This document shows positions 34,983 through 47,680 of a DNA stretch of 64,000 nucleotides, piece after piece. The notes below the pieces were generated by a model. The model had not been told where the DNA came from. It was given only the letters and a program-made list of their open reading frames with translations, and searched no databases. The translations under genes were made by a program, and so were the position numbers. The stretch comes from Asterias rubens (Eukaryota), in the NCBI RefSeq assembly GCF_902459465.1, contig NC_047069.1, forward strand, positions 8,556,001 through 8,620,000. Direction: 5' to 3'. Position 1 is the first letter of the stretch, and the number at the start of each line of letters is the position of its first letter.

Positions 34983-37573
34983 ACTGCTTGACTTTAACTT
35001 CGATGGTTTGTGAAAGTGATGACAAGTTGTTTATACTCACGTTTGGAGGTTATTGGTGGAAATGGAGGAGATATTAAGGTAATTTTAGCTGATTTTCAAG
35101 GAGCTGATTTTCACATGGTGTGGTCGTCTGTGGTCGTGGTCGAACATATGCACTGGTAATGGCATTTCCTCTGCCCCCCCCCCCCCCCAACTAGGATCAA
35201 GATGGCACTCCATATTAGGCCGTGCAGGAATTGGTGACCCCCGCAGTAAAAGGCTGGATCGCTGAAAAAGGCCTATTCTTCAACACTGTCGCTATCGCTT
35301 GAATTCGGATGCCGCCTAATTTACATTCCAATATTGGGGGCGCTGTTTCATGAGGTGCAACTGTGTATATTGAGAAAGTTGTCACATGGAGGGAACAGTT
35401 TTCTTTGGTCACGTGGTTGCTGGACGCCATTTTGTCTTACAATGCAGCAAAACCATAGAGCTAAGCAAAACCCAACTGGCAGACTAATCTGGCACCCCGT
35501 GGCTTCGCCCATGCGTTTCTTGGGGAACAAAATGGCCTCTAATCGCAAATTGTCGTAACTCTCCCGACCCGTTTCATATTATGGACCACGTTCTGACGGC
35601 GAGGGTGCACTGCTATATTGCCAATCGCGCGTGTAATTAAGGATGAATACAACCCACCTTGCGACAATATTAATAATGAAGCCAGCTACTCATCAGTCAT
35701 AGTGTATGTTTGTCTTCGATTGGGCCGACAAACAATCAGTCCAGAAACCTAGTTTCATCGGACAACATTTGCCTATACCTGTCCGTGTGCAGGTCGATTT
35801 CATTATCGACTAGCTTTGGGACTCGAATAAATGTCAACAATGTTGTAGAATGTCCCTTTTTCATGTCATAACTATGATTGACAATGAACTTTATCAACAG
35901 GGTTAGAAATATGAACTGCCAAACGCGTGTGTAGTTCGTCTAGCAAGATGATAAAGCCACGAAACATCAAAAAATGTTGTTATAAAAATTTTTATTGAGG
36001 ATAAGTGCCTTCATGTGTAAAGACTAGGTGATCAAGTTTTAAATAATATGGTTTATAGTTTATGGTTTATCTAAAATCATTCAACAATTCGCGGTCCCGA
36101 ACTCCTTTGCATTGACCTCGTAACTAAGTTGTTATCCAAATCAATTATAGATGTTCTAAATAAAATAAAACAAGTCACCTAATGACTGATGGATATAGCC
36201 ATGAGATCCTCTTTATTGGCAACTGGTAAGCGCCGAGTGTCTCACGGTCCTCGATCATTAACTATCGATACAACAAATAGCTACACGAATTAGCTTCACG
36301 CTTTTGTTCAGCAGACTGCAACGTTTTCAAGCAGACGTTAATTCAACAAAACTATCCAAACACAGCAAAATTAGATTGCACGGTGGACTGTAAAATGTCC
36401 AAAATGTTCAGTCTAATTGTGATGGGAAGGGAATTGTCTGCTTTTTTTCTTTTCTTTTTTTCTTGCAAAAATACCTAATTTATTATAAACCGATGATCGT
36501 CGTTGTGGCGATGTCCGTTGAAGCGTAAAATTAATGTATACTAAAGTTGTTGTTTTTTTTCCATTAAGGAGACGGTCCACGGTTGCAATATTGATCTTGA
36601 GTTTGACATGGTTGACTTAAGACCATACATTTTTAGTTTCCCCTTTTTCGTGTTTTTTGTTGTACTCGTTCAAAGGCTCGGTATACTGTTTACAAACTAA
36701 TATAGTTGGAGGATTAATGTAAAGCTCCTTCTGAAGACCTTTGGTTCGGCCATCTTTATTTTCTTACATTCAATTCAACGTTACCAAAACGAGGCTGGGA
36801 CTCTGTCAGAGAAAAATGTTCAAAACGATGTAATAAGTCGTACAATAAATACATCACTAATTTATTTTTTACAGTGAAGGGCAAATGTAGTTTTTGTTCG
36901 ATGACAATATTAGCATCCATTGATGTTGTTACAACCCTTTACGTCAGCGTCCAATGTTTCGGTCATCGTTATCATTATCATGGTGCTTTGTTTGTCTGCC
37001 CCATTCCGTCCCCTGTGTTCCTGTACGATATGATGTGTAACTTAATTTGTGTTTAGAAAATCAGCGCTTCTTTTATTAAGGCATCTTATACAAGACTTCG
37101 TCTTTTGAATATGCTTGTACCCTTTTGCAATTTGGCAATATTGAGGTTGATTGCATTGAACAGAAGCACAATTCAACTAAATTAAATTCGACGTTTGTTT
37201 CCAAATTTAGTGAAAAGAAGAAGAACGTATATTTAGAACAATTATTTCAATCAAAGACATTCTAGAACTGATTGGACAGAACATATTAGTGAAATGTATT
37301 GTTTTGAGATCATACATTGTGATGTCTGGAAACAAACAAACAGACCAACATGCGGGCGTTATCAGAAACTATAATTAACTTGACATATATTCCTGAATAT
37401 TCATGAACCTGTTTAATGTTTATTACTGATACAAACTAAGGCTCATGTCAATGTGACTGATGGATGAACAACATCATATATTCGTATTATAATCGTGGGT
37501 TGTTTTAATTTTGATTTTTGTTCTTTTTCTTTTCCTTTTTTTCGGAAAAAAATGGAGATGTATTAAGCCTCAT

Positions 37574-38880
37574 TTGGTCCGTTTTTACTTTATGATTAAC
37601 CATGAGTGCTGTTTGCAATGGTCTACGGAACATCACTCAATTAAAAAGCTCATTTTCAAATTGAGGGAGATAGCATGTCATTAATACATTTGATTCCAAC
37701 TATTCAAAACATATTTATTCGCAGGAAAAAAATAACTTGGATCATGTGACGTTGATTGTTGATTGAAGAGACCTATTCCATTCAAAGACCTTCACATCAC
37801 TATCAATCTTTCAATATTTTCTGATGGTTAATTCCATACTTATGTTAATGAAGTTTTAGTAGCTGGGGGTTTAGTGATATAATTGATCTCAAAGGAGCGA
37901 ATAATACATTGAAGGATGAGTCTTCTATACACCGTTGTGCGGGGGGTTGGGAAGGTGGGATGCAAAACCACGATAAGTAAGCTTCTCAAACTGGTATTTT
38001 CATGACCTGTGAGACATCAAGGAAAAAGTGTTGTTGATAATGTTTAATAATTTTTGTTTGTGCAAAGGAGATGCAAGTGTCCCAAGTTGGTCCGTTTTAC
38101 GTTGTAATTATCTTCTGAGTGATGTAGTATGGTCTACGGAACAAAACTTAATTAAAAAGCTCATTCAAACTGCAAGAGATATCCGTCATTGAACATTTGA
38201 GTCCAATTGCCCCCAAAACATAAAAATTAGCAGTAAAAACAACCAGTGAATCATTTAATTAAAGGCAGTGGACACTATTGTTAATTACTTAAAATAATTA
38301 TTAGCATAAAACCTTTCTTGGTGTCGAGTAATGGGGAGAGGTTGATGGTATACAACATTGTGAGAACGCTCCCTCTGAAGTGTCATAGTTTTCGAGAAAG
38401 AAGTAATTTTCCACGAATTTGATTTGGAGACCTCAGATTTAGAACTTGAGGTCTCGAAATCAACCATCTAAACGCACCCACTGTGAAGGCTAGTCTGTGA
38501 CAATGGACAATAGTGTCCACTGTCTTTAACGCTGAATGTTGGTTGAAGAAACCTACTCCATGCAAAGCCCTTCACATCGCTATCAATCATTATCTCCCGT
38601 GGTTACTTCCATACTTATGTTGAAAAGGCTTAGTGTAGTTGAGAGTCGTAAGATCTCAGGAGGGTAAATAATACATTAGATGATGAGTCTTATATACTCC
38701 GTTATGCAGGGGGTTTAGTTTGGCTTAAAGTGAGGTGGGGGCACAAAAAGATAATAAAGCTTTACAAAACTGGTACATTCATGACCTGTGAGACACCAGG
38801 AAAATAGTGTTGTTGCTCGTGCATGACAATTTAAAACATTGAAACTGTGTAACAAGGATTACAAAGGGGGTTGGGTGTAA
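37574..38880 (+). repeat. Old tandem duplication, unit about 510 bp, second unit interrupted by a MITE; boundaries approximate
   Basis: Shared anchors GGTCTACGGAACA (37620/38131), TTCCATACTTATGTT (37832/38607), TTCATGACCTGTGAGACA (37999/38778). Confidence 0.8.
38263..38525 (+). mobile_element. Kolobok-like MITE family 1, internally deleted
   Basis: TTAA flanks, TIRs, hairpin retained; right-hand interior missing. Confidence 0.88.
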
Positions 38881-39816
38881 TTAGACAAATATTAAATTAT
38901 ACATAAATTGTATGTCAAAATGGAAGATCTGTCTTCAAAATTGTAGATCATCGTTCACCCGGAAGAAGGGCATAATGAAGAGTTAAAGAGTTTTCGGAGA
39001 ACAGAAAGTATTGTAACTAATGCTCAATTGTGCTCAAAAAAACTGTCAGAGATGTGAAATTTTGACCGTTTTTTTGGTCCAATAAAACACAACGGTAATG
39101 ACGTCAGTGTATATCGATCGAAATTGTGCTGTTCACTCTGCCCGTGCCAGCTAGAGAAACTGATTAAGCATTGGCTTTCGACATGCATTCTGCCAAAATG
39201 ATAAGTTGATTTGACGAAGTTATCAAGAAAAGTCTATTGTTCAATTATTCGTCTCCTTGAGTTCTTGGGAACTAATACTAGGCCTGTACGGTAGAAAAAT
39301 GGATTACTTCGCATTTGATTATTACAGAATAGTAGAGCATGTTTTGGTTGTTGAAGTCGTCACAGTAGTCATTACTATATCAATTCCATTTACTTGTGCA
39401 GCACACACTGACCAAAATATATACACAAAGAATATTTTCAATTTCGTTAACCCCGAATGATTGGCAAAGCTTTCTCATATATTAAAATCTTTATCATTGT
39501 AGTATATCAAACAAAGTCACCCATAGTCGTTTTCAATTGATGTAAGGTCAAAAGGCAATGTCGAGAGATCAATTACTCATATTAACTGCAAATCAGAATC
39601 TAGGCTGATTTTGTCCGTGTTTTAAGAGTAAAATCCCCCGTTTTTGCAAATTTCAAGATGTTGAACTCTTGTTCATCACACATCAATGTTTTAGACACTG
39701 TTGTTATTTCCATTACATCGAGCAAAATCGTTTGTAATTGATCATTGGGAGAAATAAAACACAGTGGAAGTTTTCCCAACTTCATCTGCATCTGCATCTG
39801 TTTATACAGAACGAAA

Positions 39817-40827
39817 TTACTCCCAAGGTAATTTAACTCGCTGCGGGATCTTTTTGAGTTTGCACAACAAGATGCATCGGATCACTTTCTTGAAATCTGG
39901 ATGTTTGGTCGCATAGATGAAGGGATTTATACAACTATTGCAAGACAGTATGACAGCAGCGTACGTTGTGGCTCTCAGGCAGGCTGGGTGGGTACACAGC
40001 AATGATAATCCGTAAGGAGTTGTGCACATGAAGAATAAGCAAACAACATAAAACATGTTCTTGGTGACTTTGACTTGCCTCCTGTCAAGTCTCTCGCGCA
40101 GGCTTGGTCTTTCCTCTTGATGGGGCTGTATCACGCTAGACACGGTTGGCTCGATGTTCTCGGGCGCCACTTTATTGACTCGTGAACGCAGAAACACGAA
40201 TATCTTAAGGTAACATGTTATGATGACTGCAGTGGGGAGTGGGTAAAATACCAGCGATAACATAACGTCATAAGCCTTTGCTCTTTCGTGGGCGTTATTC
40301 TTAAGGCATGTTCGGTAGCGACTGCTGTAACCAAGCTCCCCGAGGTCCGTAATGAATGGTGTGACCGAAACACAAAGTGGAACTACCCAAATGATAACAA
40401 GCATGAAACAGACGATTGTGGGTCTGCATAGGAATAGGAACGTGGCTTGACTGTACCGAATCAGTATGAGACGGTTAATAGCGATACAGGCTAGAGTATA
40501 AACACTTACTCCGATACAAGTTATCAGAATAAATCCGCACCAAACACACAGCCAGTCAGGTAGAGGCCAACCGTCATCGGCCACAAAAGCCACTATGATC
40601 CAAACGAGATGGAGGCAGATCAGAAAGTCCGAAAAGCTTAGATTGACTACAAATATGTTCATCTTAGTGCGAAGTTTGTACGAAAGGAAAACGGAAATGA
40701 TGACCACCGTGTTCCCCACTATGCCCAATACCGCCACGAGTGCTAAAACACCCGCTAAGATTTGCCTCTCCAAAAGGCTTGATGTAGGTTGTTCCTCATC
40801 CAATCCAGAATGTGAATAGTTATCCAT
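39817..40827 (-). CDS. Intronless class A GPCR (Tre1/Moody/melatonin-receptor-like orphan), paralogue B, 336 aa
   Basis: TM1 GIVGN, TM2 NLSFSDF, TM3 AINRL, TM7 NPFIY; shares GELGY, VTKNMFYVVC and IYATKHP with paralogue A. Confidence 0.94.
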   Translation of the reverse strand: MDNYSHSGLDEEQPTSSLLERQILAGVLALVAVLGIVGNTVVIISVFLSYKLRTKMNIFVVNLSFSDFLICLHLVWIIVAFVADDGWPLPDWLCVWCGFILITCIGVSVYTLACIAINRLILIRYSQATFLFLCRPTIVCFMLVIIWVVPLCVSVTPFITDLGELGYSSRYRTCLKNNAHERAKAYDVMLSLVFYPLPTAVIITCYLKIFVFLRSRVNKVAPENIEPTVSSVIQPHQEERPSLRERLDRRQVKVTKNMFYVVCLFFMCTTPYGLSLLCTHPACLRATTYAAVILSCNSCINPFIYATKHPDFKKVIRCILLCKLKKIPQRVKLPWE

Positions 40828-41419
40828 GTTGCCACAGTACTGGGCGAGCTATAGCTGCGATGTAGTTCTCTTCCCATCAACTCGTGAAATAGTTTGGGCT
40901 TTGCGAGTTGTCCCGTCTGCTCTTCACGCCGACTGTGTGTTGGTTGGATGTGAGCATCACGATATGGCAATGCAGTGTTTGTTATGCTGTCAGTTGCTGC
41001 TTGTTATTGTCACTCAAGCGGCTCGTATAAGCTAAACCGGCAACACTGCTGACAAAATTAATCCAGCCGTTTTTGTTTTAAGTGACGGTCACAGGGGGAG
41101 CGTATTGCCGCGTAACAACAGCACCGAACTGAGCAAATTCCGTTTGCATACTCGTTAGTATTTACGTCCCTTCAGTTAACAAAAATAAACAAAAATACAA
41201 TAGGTTAAGCACAAAAGTGTTTTCCCTGTGTAGCTAATCATCCTTTTAATTGAAGAAATTAATTCTTGAAATTAAAAAAGAAATCGATACTTTTTAGTAT
41301 AACTGTGAGCCACACGCCACACAAATATTGTAATCCATGTAGCGTGATAACTACCCTCCAGTTCCTTTTTGTTTCTCCGTCGTGGGGGAGGGGGGGGGGT
41401 CAGTTTCCTCTTGGTTTAA

Positions 41420-41690
41420 TGACGTGTGGTGGCATAGCGGAATAACAGCACGGACTCAATCTCATCGTGTTTCTAATCAGCTGAGTGTGGGTTCGAGTCA
41501 CAATCATGACATGCGTGTCCTTGAAGCGTCCATTATTGTTGGTCCTTCGGATGGGACGTTCAGCCGTAGGTCCCGCGTGTTGTGTTAAGCGCGTTAAAAG
41601 AGCCCACTTACACTTGCCGCTAAGAGAAGGCGTTTGCCCTGGTATCTCTGGCAGTGGCTGCCACAGATTAATGCGTTGATGAAAAAAGTC
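41420..41690 (+). mobile_element. tRNA-derived SINE, diverged copy
   Basis: Pol III A box TGGCATAGCGG (about 41430) and B box GGTTCGAGTC (41490); body GTCCTTCGGATGGGACGT shared with the copy at 52930. Confidence 0.75.
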
Positions 41691-44199
41691 TATCCTTCAA
41701 TAAATTATTGCTATGTGATAAGGCAAATGAATAGTCCTTATAGCATAATTTTTCACAATCATACCGATCAATTTAAATTCAAGTTTACAGTTTGGCAAAA
41801 CGATGCGTAAAGTATAATAAGAAATGATAGGATCTTAAAAGAGGTTCTTAAATTTTTTTTTAAGTATTAAACACCAATAAACGGTTTCACCATTTTCAAT
41901 CTTTAGATATATACCACCAGTTTGACAAAATAAACAACCAGGGTGTTAGGATGTTAACTGATACAACTATAATATATTTCCCTTTTAACACTATTATCTG
42001 TATCTCTTTTTTACCGTGTGTTGTCAAATAATCACAAGTTTGGTGTGATCAACACCTGCGAGTATAACCAACGCTCACACTGTGTTTGGCCACTTATTTT
42101 TAATTCGTCGCTCATTACTTTTTACCCGGTGCAGGTGCAACGTGCAGCATAAAACACCAAGAACAAAACCCAACTCCCAGTTCTTGCTAATTCAAAAAAC
42201 AAATGATCAATGAAATCCATCTGACGTCGCAATGAACCGGTAATAGTTTACGTGTATGATGGGTAAACCAAACAAAATGAAATGAGCTCTTCTTTTGTAA
42301 ATTAAATGAAAACTCTGAGCAGTGCTTACATTCAAAACAGATAGGGGGTTTTGTGATACTTAAATTTGATGTGCTTCTGAAATTATCGTGGCCAGCTATT
42401 AATATAATACCATGATCATTTTAAACAGGATGTAAGTTTATTTTGTTCAATGTATCCAATCTTGAAATCAAACTTCACAAAATCCAGCTTGCAATAAAAT
42501 TGCCTACCAAACTTATATTGTTATTATATCCTTATAAAAACATCTGTAATTCTGTTGAGAACATTTTTACCTTCACTTTTGTTTCACTTGTATGGAAAAC
42601 TCATTTAAAAGCGATCGTGTAGTTAGCAAACGTGTCCATTGAAAAATTTCTTTATAAATTCAGCTCTTTTATAATCGATCCTTGCTTCTCACAACGACAA
42701 AAGGGCATTAGCTGTTTATATTGACATACCCTTATTATCTGACTGTTGCCAGTGGAGTAATTACAAAGTGTAGTTGGAATAATGGTTGTGTTTGCTTTGG
42801 TTAGACACGGGTCCCAATGTGTCATTGTTTCTGAACGTTCGACGAGGCGTTTGTTTGAACTGAATTTGAATGTCAGGGTGATTTTTAATGTCAAACTGGT
42901 CTCGCTCTTGCTCATTCTTTCACGCGTTACTGTACTGAATCACAACCAAGATTGTCAATGACTCTTTCTTGGCATGACTCTTTCTCGGCAGAATTACAAA
43001 CCAAAGCCCAACTTTCACCGGGTTGTAGTTTTCGGATCTTCACTTCCCCGCATCATGTTTTATTTTGTTTTCTATTTAATTATTTTCTTTATTAAATTAT
43101 CGAGATACCAAAATCAACTTTCATGTGGTTTCCCCGGCCTGTATTCTCTCGCTCAACTTAAAACTACACAGGCTTTTCGGCAGGGATTTTCAATAGTACC
43201 AATCGCTGTCCAAATCCACTGATACTTACAGCTATATGACATTTATTTATGGAGTGTTTTAAACCCTTTCACTTTAACCTATAGTCGGTTGCCCTTGGCC
43301 GAAACAATAAAATGGCCGAAATATATATTATGTTACCACACTATGTTCCTCTTGTACAGAAGTAGGCCTACCCCTACAACCTTCCCTAAAGAATCCCTAA
43401 GGGTGGTACCATTCTATTGAGCACTTACACCATGGTATACGCCGACGTAAATGTCGTATCTCTCCAATTGATTTATTTCAGGAGTTACAGCGAGAAACAC
43501 AATCACTTTAATTTTGTTCTCTGACCCCTTTCTCAAAGGGGGAAAAACGTCTACAGAATTGCCCTCCCCGAACACAATGAAAACACATTAAGGGTTTACA
43601 TAGTGCCACATTTATCAGGCAGTTTGCTATAATAAACTAATTAAATCTTGTACATTCGCACCCCCCCCCCCCACCCCATGGTATTTGATTCCAATAACAC
43701 ATTGATAACACCATGCCCACATATCGGGCACTGAATGCTAAAAGCATCTGAAAAGTGATTTCCACTGAAACAGAATTGGGCTGAGACAGTTAGTTTCCGT
43801 TTTCGGTTTGGATGCATTAAATAAAGGGAATCAATATGTTCAAACCCCCTTCAGACTTTTAAAACAAAACATATTGAACTTTCCATTCGCTTCTAATAAA
43901 AAACATATATATCTTGTTCATTCTCATGTACGAACCTCCAAATTGAGGCTGAGAGGAAAATGTGATATTTGAGACAGAGGGGAGATGTTTCATTGGATGA
44001 TTCGCCCTAGATTTACAGATGAATACTAATAAAAAAAAACGCATGATCAGATCTGCAAATCGTTAAAAAATAACTGAAATACTTTTAATTCAAAATCCCA
44101 ATTGGTCCTTTTGGGGAACACCATTGACTGTATGTATACACAGCCATTTGACAATAATTGGTAAAGTCTGTATGTGGCGGGAGACGTATTTTTTGTTTT

Positions 44200-44321
44200 C
44201 AGGACAGATGAGGCCACTTACCATAAATGGGTGTCTTTTACCTACGTTCGGGTCTGTTTCTCACCTGAACAGATGAGGCCACTTAGATGCGCCCTTATGG
44301 TAAGTGGCCTCATCTCTCCTG
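44200..44321. repeat. 27-bp inverted repeat (1 mismatch) enclosing a third partial copy
   Basis: CAGGACAGATGAGGCCACTTACCATAA at 44200-44226, reverse complement at 44295-44321, direct partial copy at 44269-44285. Confidence 0.8.
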
Positions 44322-45039
44322 GCAGGAGATTATGTTTCCCATATTATGGCAAACCGTACAAACTTCTTCTGATAGCGCCCTCTTTTGCATCATCCTCCTC
44401 TATCCCATGTAAATTTCCCATACCGGGGACATACACTCCGGCGGACAGAATTCCCTATAACATCCGCAAAAACTATAAATATTAGCACATTGTAGAGGGC
44501 GGTATGCTATTCGTGGTCACGGGTACACACTATGGAAAACTCAAGAAACATCACAAATTGTGTTGTACTATTGAGCTATAGTTGTACTGCCCGAGCCTCA
44601 GACCCCATATCTAGCTCTTTGTCTGTAAGCATCATTGCAATTGAAGGTATAAATGCGTGGAATGTATTGTGTAGCATTTGCTAAAATAGCAGGACCGAGT
44701 TTGTATTCAATCCTAGGAATGACCCTATTGTATATACCACAGTAACTTAGAGGGTGCCTTACATCCACATGGCTTACAAAGCCTGTTGTGAAATAGCTCT
44801 CTCTAACATCTGTGTGCACTCATGAGAAATTGCAACTACAAACCCGACTACAAGAAACGGATCTTCGTGACACTTAATGAATTTTATTACAAGAATTACT
44901 GATCACAAAAGTGGTAAAATTATCCAAAGTAATCGAATGAAATATACATGCCAGTAGGCTATACCCTCAGTAAAATGAGTGTTTATGAAACTCCAGGCAA
45001 TCCCCTATTCTGATGGCCATTGTTCGTTTTGATCGACAG

Positions 45040-45151
45040 GGTGGAGTGGAACCCAGAAAGGGCCAGGACGTCTTTAAGAAACTTGGATCATTTATACACA
45101 GAAGGGGACTATTCAAAGAGTTATGCCACGGATGATGTTCTCAAAAACATG
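45040..45151 (+). other. Candidate upstream exon of the sialyltransferase gene (coding or 5' UTR)
   Basis: CAG acceptor, ATG|GTAAG donor, one open frame (VEWNPERARTSLRNLDHLYTEGDYSKSYATDDVLKNM) in register with the exon starting at 48965. Confidence 0.35.
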
Positions 45152-47589
45152 GTAAGAATATGTTTTTCTTCTTTATAAAACGTAGCATAGTGTTGTTATA
45201 TAAATAGGTTGGTTTTGCTCTCCTTTTCTCTAAGAAGATTTTGTCACACGAGGGCGCAATTGTCACCGCTCAGGGATCGCCAGATTGTTGGTGGTTTACA
45301 CTCGTCATCACGGCGAAGGAGAATATATATGCATTCCTCAAAATATTAGCAATAAACGGGCGGTATTTTAATCCTTCATTGTAACTAAATTGCAAAATAC
45401 ATGTTGTTAAATGGATAGGGCACTTGAGACTCGATCATTGGAAGATGAAACTGTGTATTAAGATCATACAGTGTGTTTAGGTGTTGAATAAGCAGTCAAT
45501 ACCATTGATTCAGATACTAATGGATAATAAGACACTTGGTTTTTGTGACATGTAACAATCTCAGTAAACTTCATCCGTAGTGCACTGCTATCGGCACCCC
45601 CCCCCCCCCCTGCCTTGCCCCATAAAAGACGCTGGAGTGTATGGTTTGGATTAAATTACAGCAAGCAAAAGTATACTTTTTGTGATCACAACCAAAGCTA
45701 GCTCAGAAATTTTAGTCTCTGTAATGGTATTCATAAATATTTTGTATCTGTACATTGTTCATGTTGAATAGTTCAAACAGCAGGTTTGGATGGTTTGTAT
45801 TGTAATTTTGTTAGCTAACATGCAAGTTTACTTGTTGTCATAAAAAACAATGCAAGCTCACACCTGAACTATCTGTAATGGTTTTGCTAAAAGAGAAACA
45901 TAAGGGCATGTCAACGTGAAGTATCTTCTATATCGAAGTCTGGTTGACTTTAGAGGTCTGGAGCGATACATCAATGCAATGTCAATGTCATCTTTACAAC
46001 TACAAGTTTCCCCGCTTGCACAGTCAACAGGCATAGCAGTTTCCATAGCAACCATTTGGAAATGGGTGATGGCTGTATTACCGTAATTAAATATAAGTGT
46101 TGCTATATAATACGACGCTCGTCAAAACAATGTTATAAATCCACTTGTTAAACCTCTCTGCTGCCATTTTGAGATATGTTTAGAGTGGTGAATCCCCCCC
46201 CCCTAACCGTGCATGTGCTTGCGGATTTCCCGCTCTCCCACTTAACCATATATGTAAATAAAAAGCTTCTGTTCGTATGGGTGCTGATATTGGCGTAACT
46301 ATGGGCACACATTATGCGCATAATGCATAACTCCATGCCGTTTGCCAACCAATAGTTTACAAGGCATGCTTTAATGTAATTAGCATATTTTCATGGAAAT
46401 GGCTAATAATGGTAATATTGGTTGGTACTGACGCAATTTATGACTTTGTATTGTGTTGTATATTAAACGTTCGTTGTGGTAATTGTTTTCTTGTGTTGTG
46501 CGCTCTCTAACATCTGGCTGTACTATAAATCACTTTAAGCACCTCACTTTCTTTTTGACGAAATATATGAAATTAGCTCCTTTGTTCGCAAGTTTTTCTT
46601 ATGGATTTTTTTTACGTTTTTGATCTGCTGTTTTTGACCCAACTAACGAGTGCACTACATACCACCAAGTGAAGTGGTGATTCCATGTACAGTCATCTAC
46701 TTTATTTATTTTTAACTATTGCTGATTTTGGTTGTTTCAACCAAAATTAAGGCCGTGTTTTCCATGCTGAAAAAATGTGCATGGTTGTTCACTTTTTTTT
46801 TTCCATGGCTCTCACAGTCATACAAGGGACGTAGCCCAAATTTTCACATGTTTGTTTTTATGTATGCCGATTGTGTTGATCGCACAAAATATGAACACTG
46901 TTTGCGACAGTTTCTACATGGATCATTTAACATTTTATTGTCATTTTTGAACCCAGCGTGTGTGTGGGAGGGGCCGCATTTATAGTATGATTACATTGTC
47001 ATTGCATGCTTAGTAGCATCGAGCAAGCGTTAAAACTGTAGCAGCTTAAATAGAATGAGATACTGGACTTCGAGTGTCGTGTAGATTCCTCGCACCACCA
47101 TACTACAGTGGATCGATTGAGTAATCTGTGAGTAACCTTGACATCGATGAAGGGACCGAGAATACTAAGGATTGTTGAGTTGCAGATAATGGTCACTGAG
47201 TAAGGTGATGCAGAACAGGAAGCTGTGAGTGTTGTATTATCACTATACTCAACATCATTCAGGAAGGAGGACAGTATCCTTGTTGGTAAGTAACTTGTTT
47301 ACATATTGTTTTATTTAAACAACACAGTAATGTGTAATGAACAAAACAATAGGCCTAGTCTGCTCACCAAATTATGATTTCATTAGATATTTTGTAGTTT
47401 TATAATGTGTTTGCTCGTGTTTTAGGTAAATGTCTGTTTTGAAACCATTTACCCGGTAGTTACGCTGTGTGTCTCTAACGTCAAAAAGAAAACATACACA
47501 ACAATATTATAAACAAATGAAAACAAGTTTCGACTAACTGAACGTCTTATTCTTGTATCTGTGGTTGGTTTTAGCGAATGTTATAGTTA

Positions 47590-47680
47590 GGTTTGTGGTA
47601 ACACCATGTAGTGATATTCTCTAAATTAGTTGGGGTGGTTCTCAAAAGAACCGTTGGTTTTATCTCGACGTTTCCATCAG
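47590..47680 (-). repeat. Degenerate hammerhead-repeat copy with stem II deleted
   Basis: Minus strand CUGAUG-GAAACGUCGAG, then GGUUC-UUUUGA-GAACC hairpin and tail GGUGUUACCACAAACC. Confidence 0.55.

Larger units (their letters stand above)
30698..35143 (-). mobile_element. Apparently full-length non-LTR retrotransposon, CR1/L2 group (Crack/Daphne-like)
   Basis: ORF1 and ORF2 both open; 3' UTR with AATAAA (minus strand 30725-30730) and (TGAT)n tail at about 30698-30717; possible ACATAT target duplication at 30694-30699 and 35144-35149. The 5' boundary is uncertain. Confidence 0.9.

Noticed and set aside
44204-44321. CAGATGAGGCC as a hammerhead core
   Set aside because: Reads CAGAUGA rather than CUGAUGA and no GAAA follows.
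44598-44819. Protein-looking minus-strand ORF (terminal-exon candidate)
   Set aside because: Poor acceptor, no partner exons found, no recognisable family.
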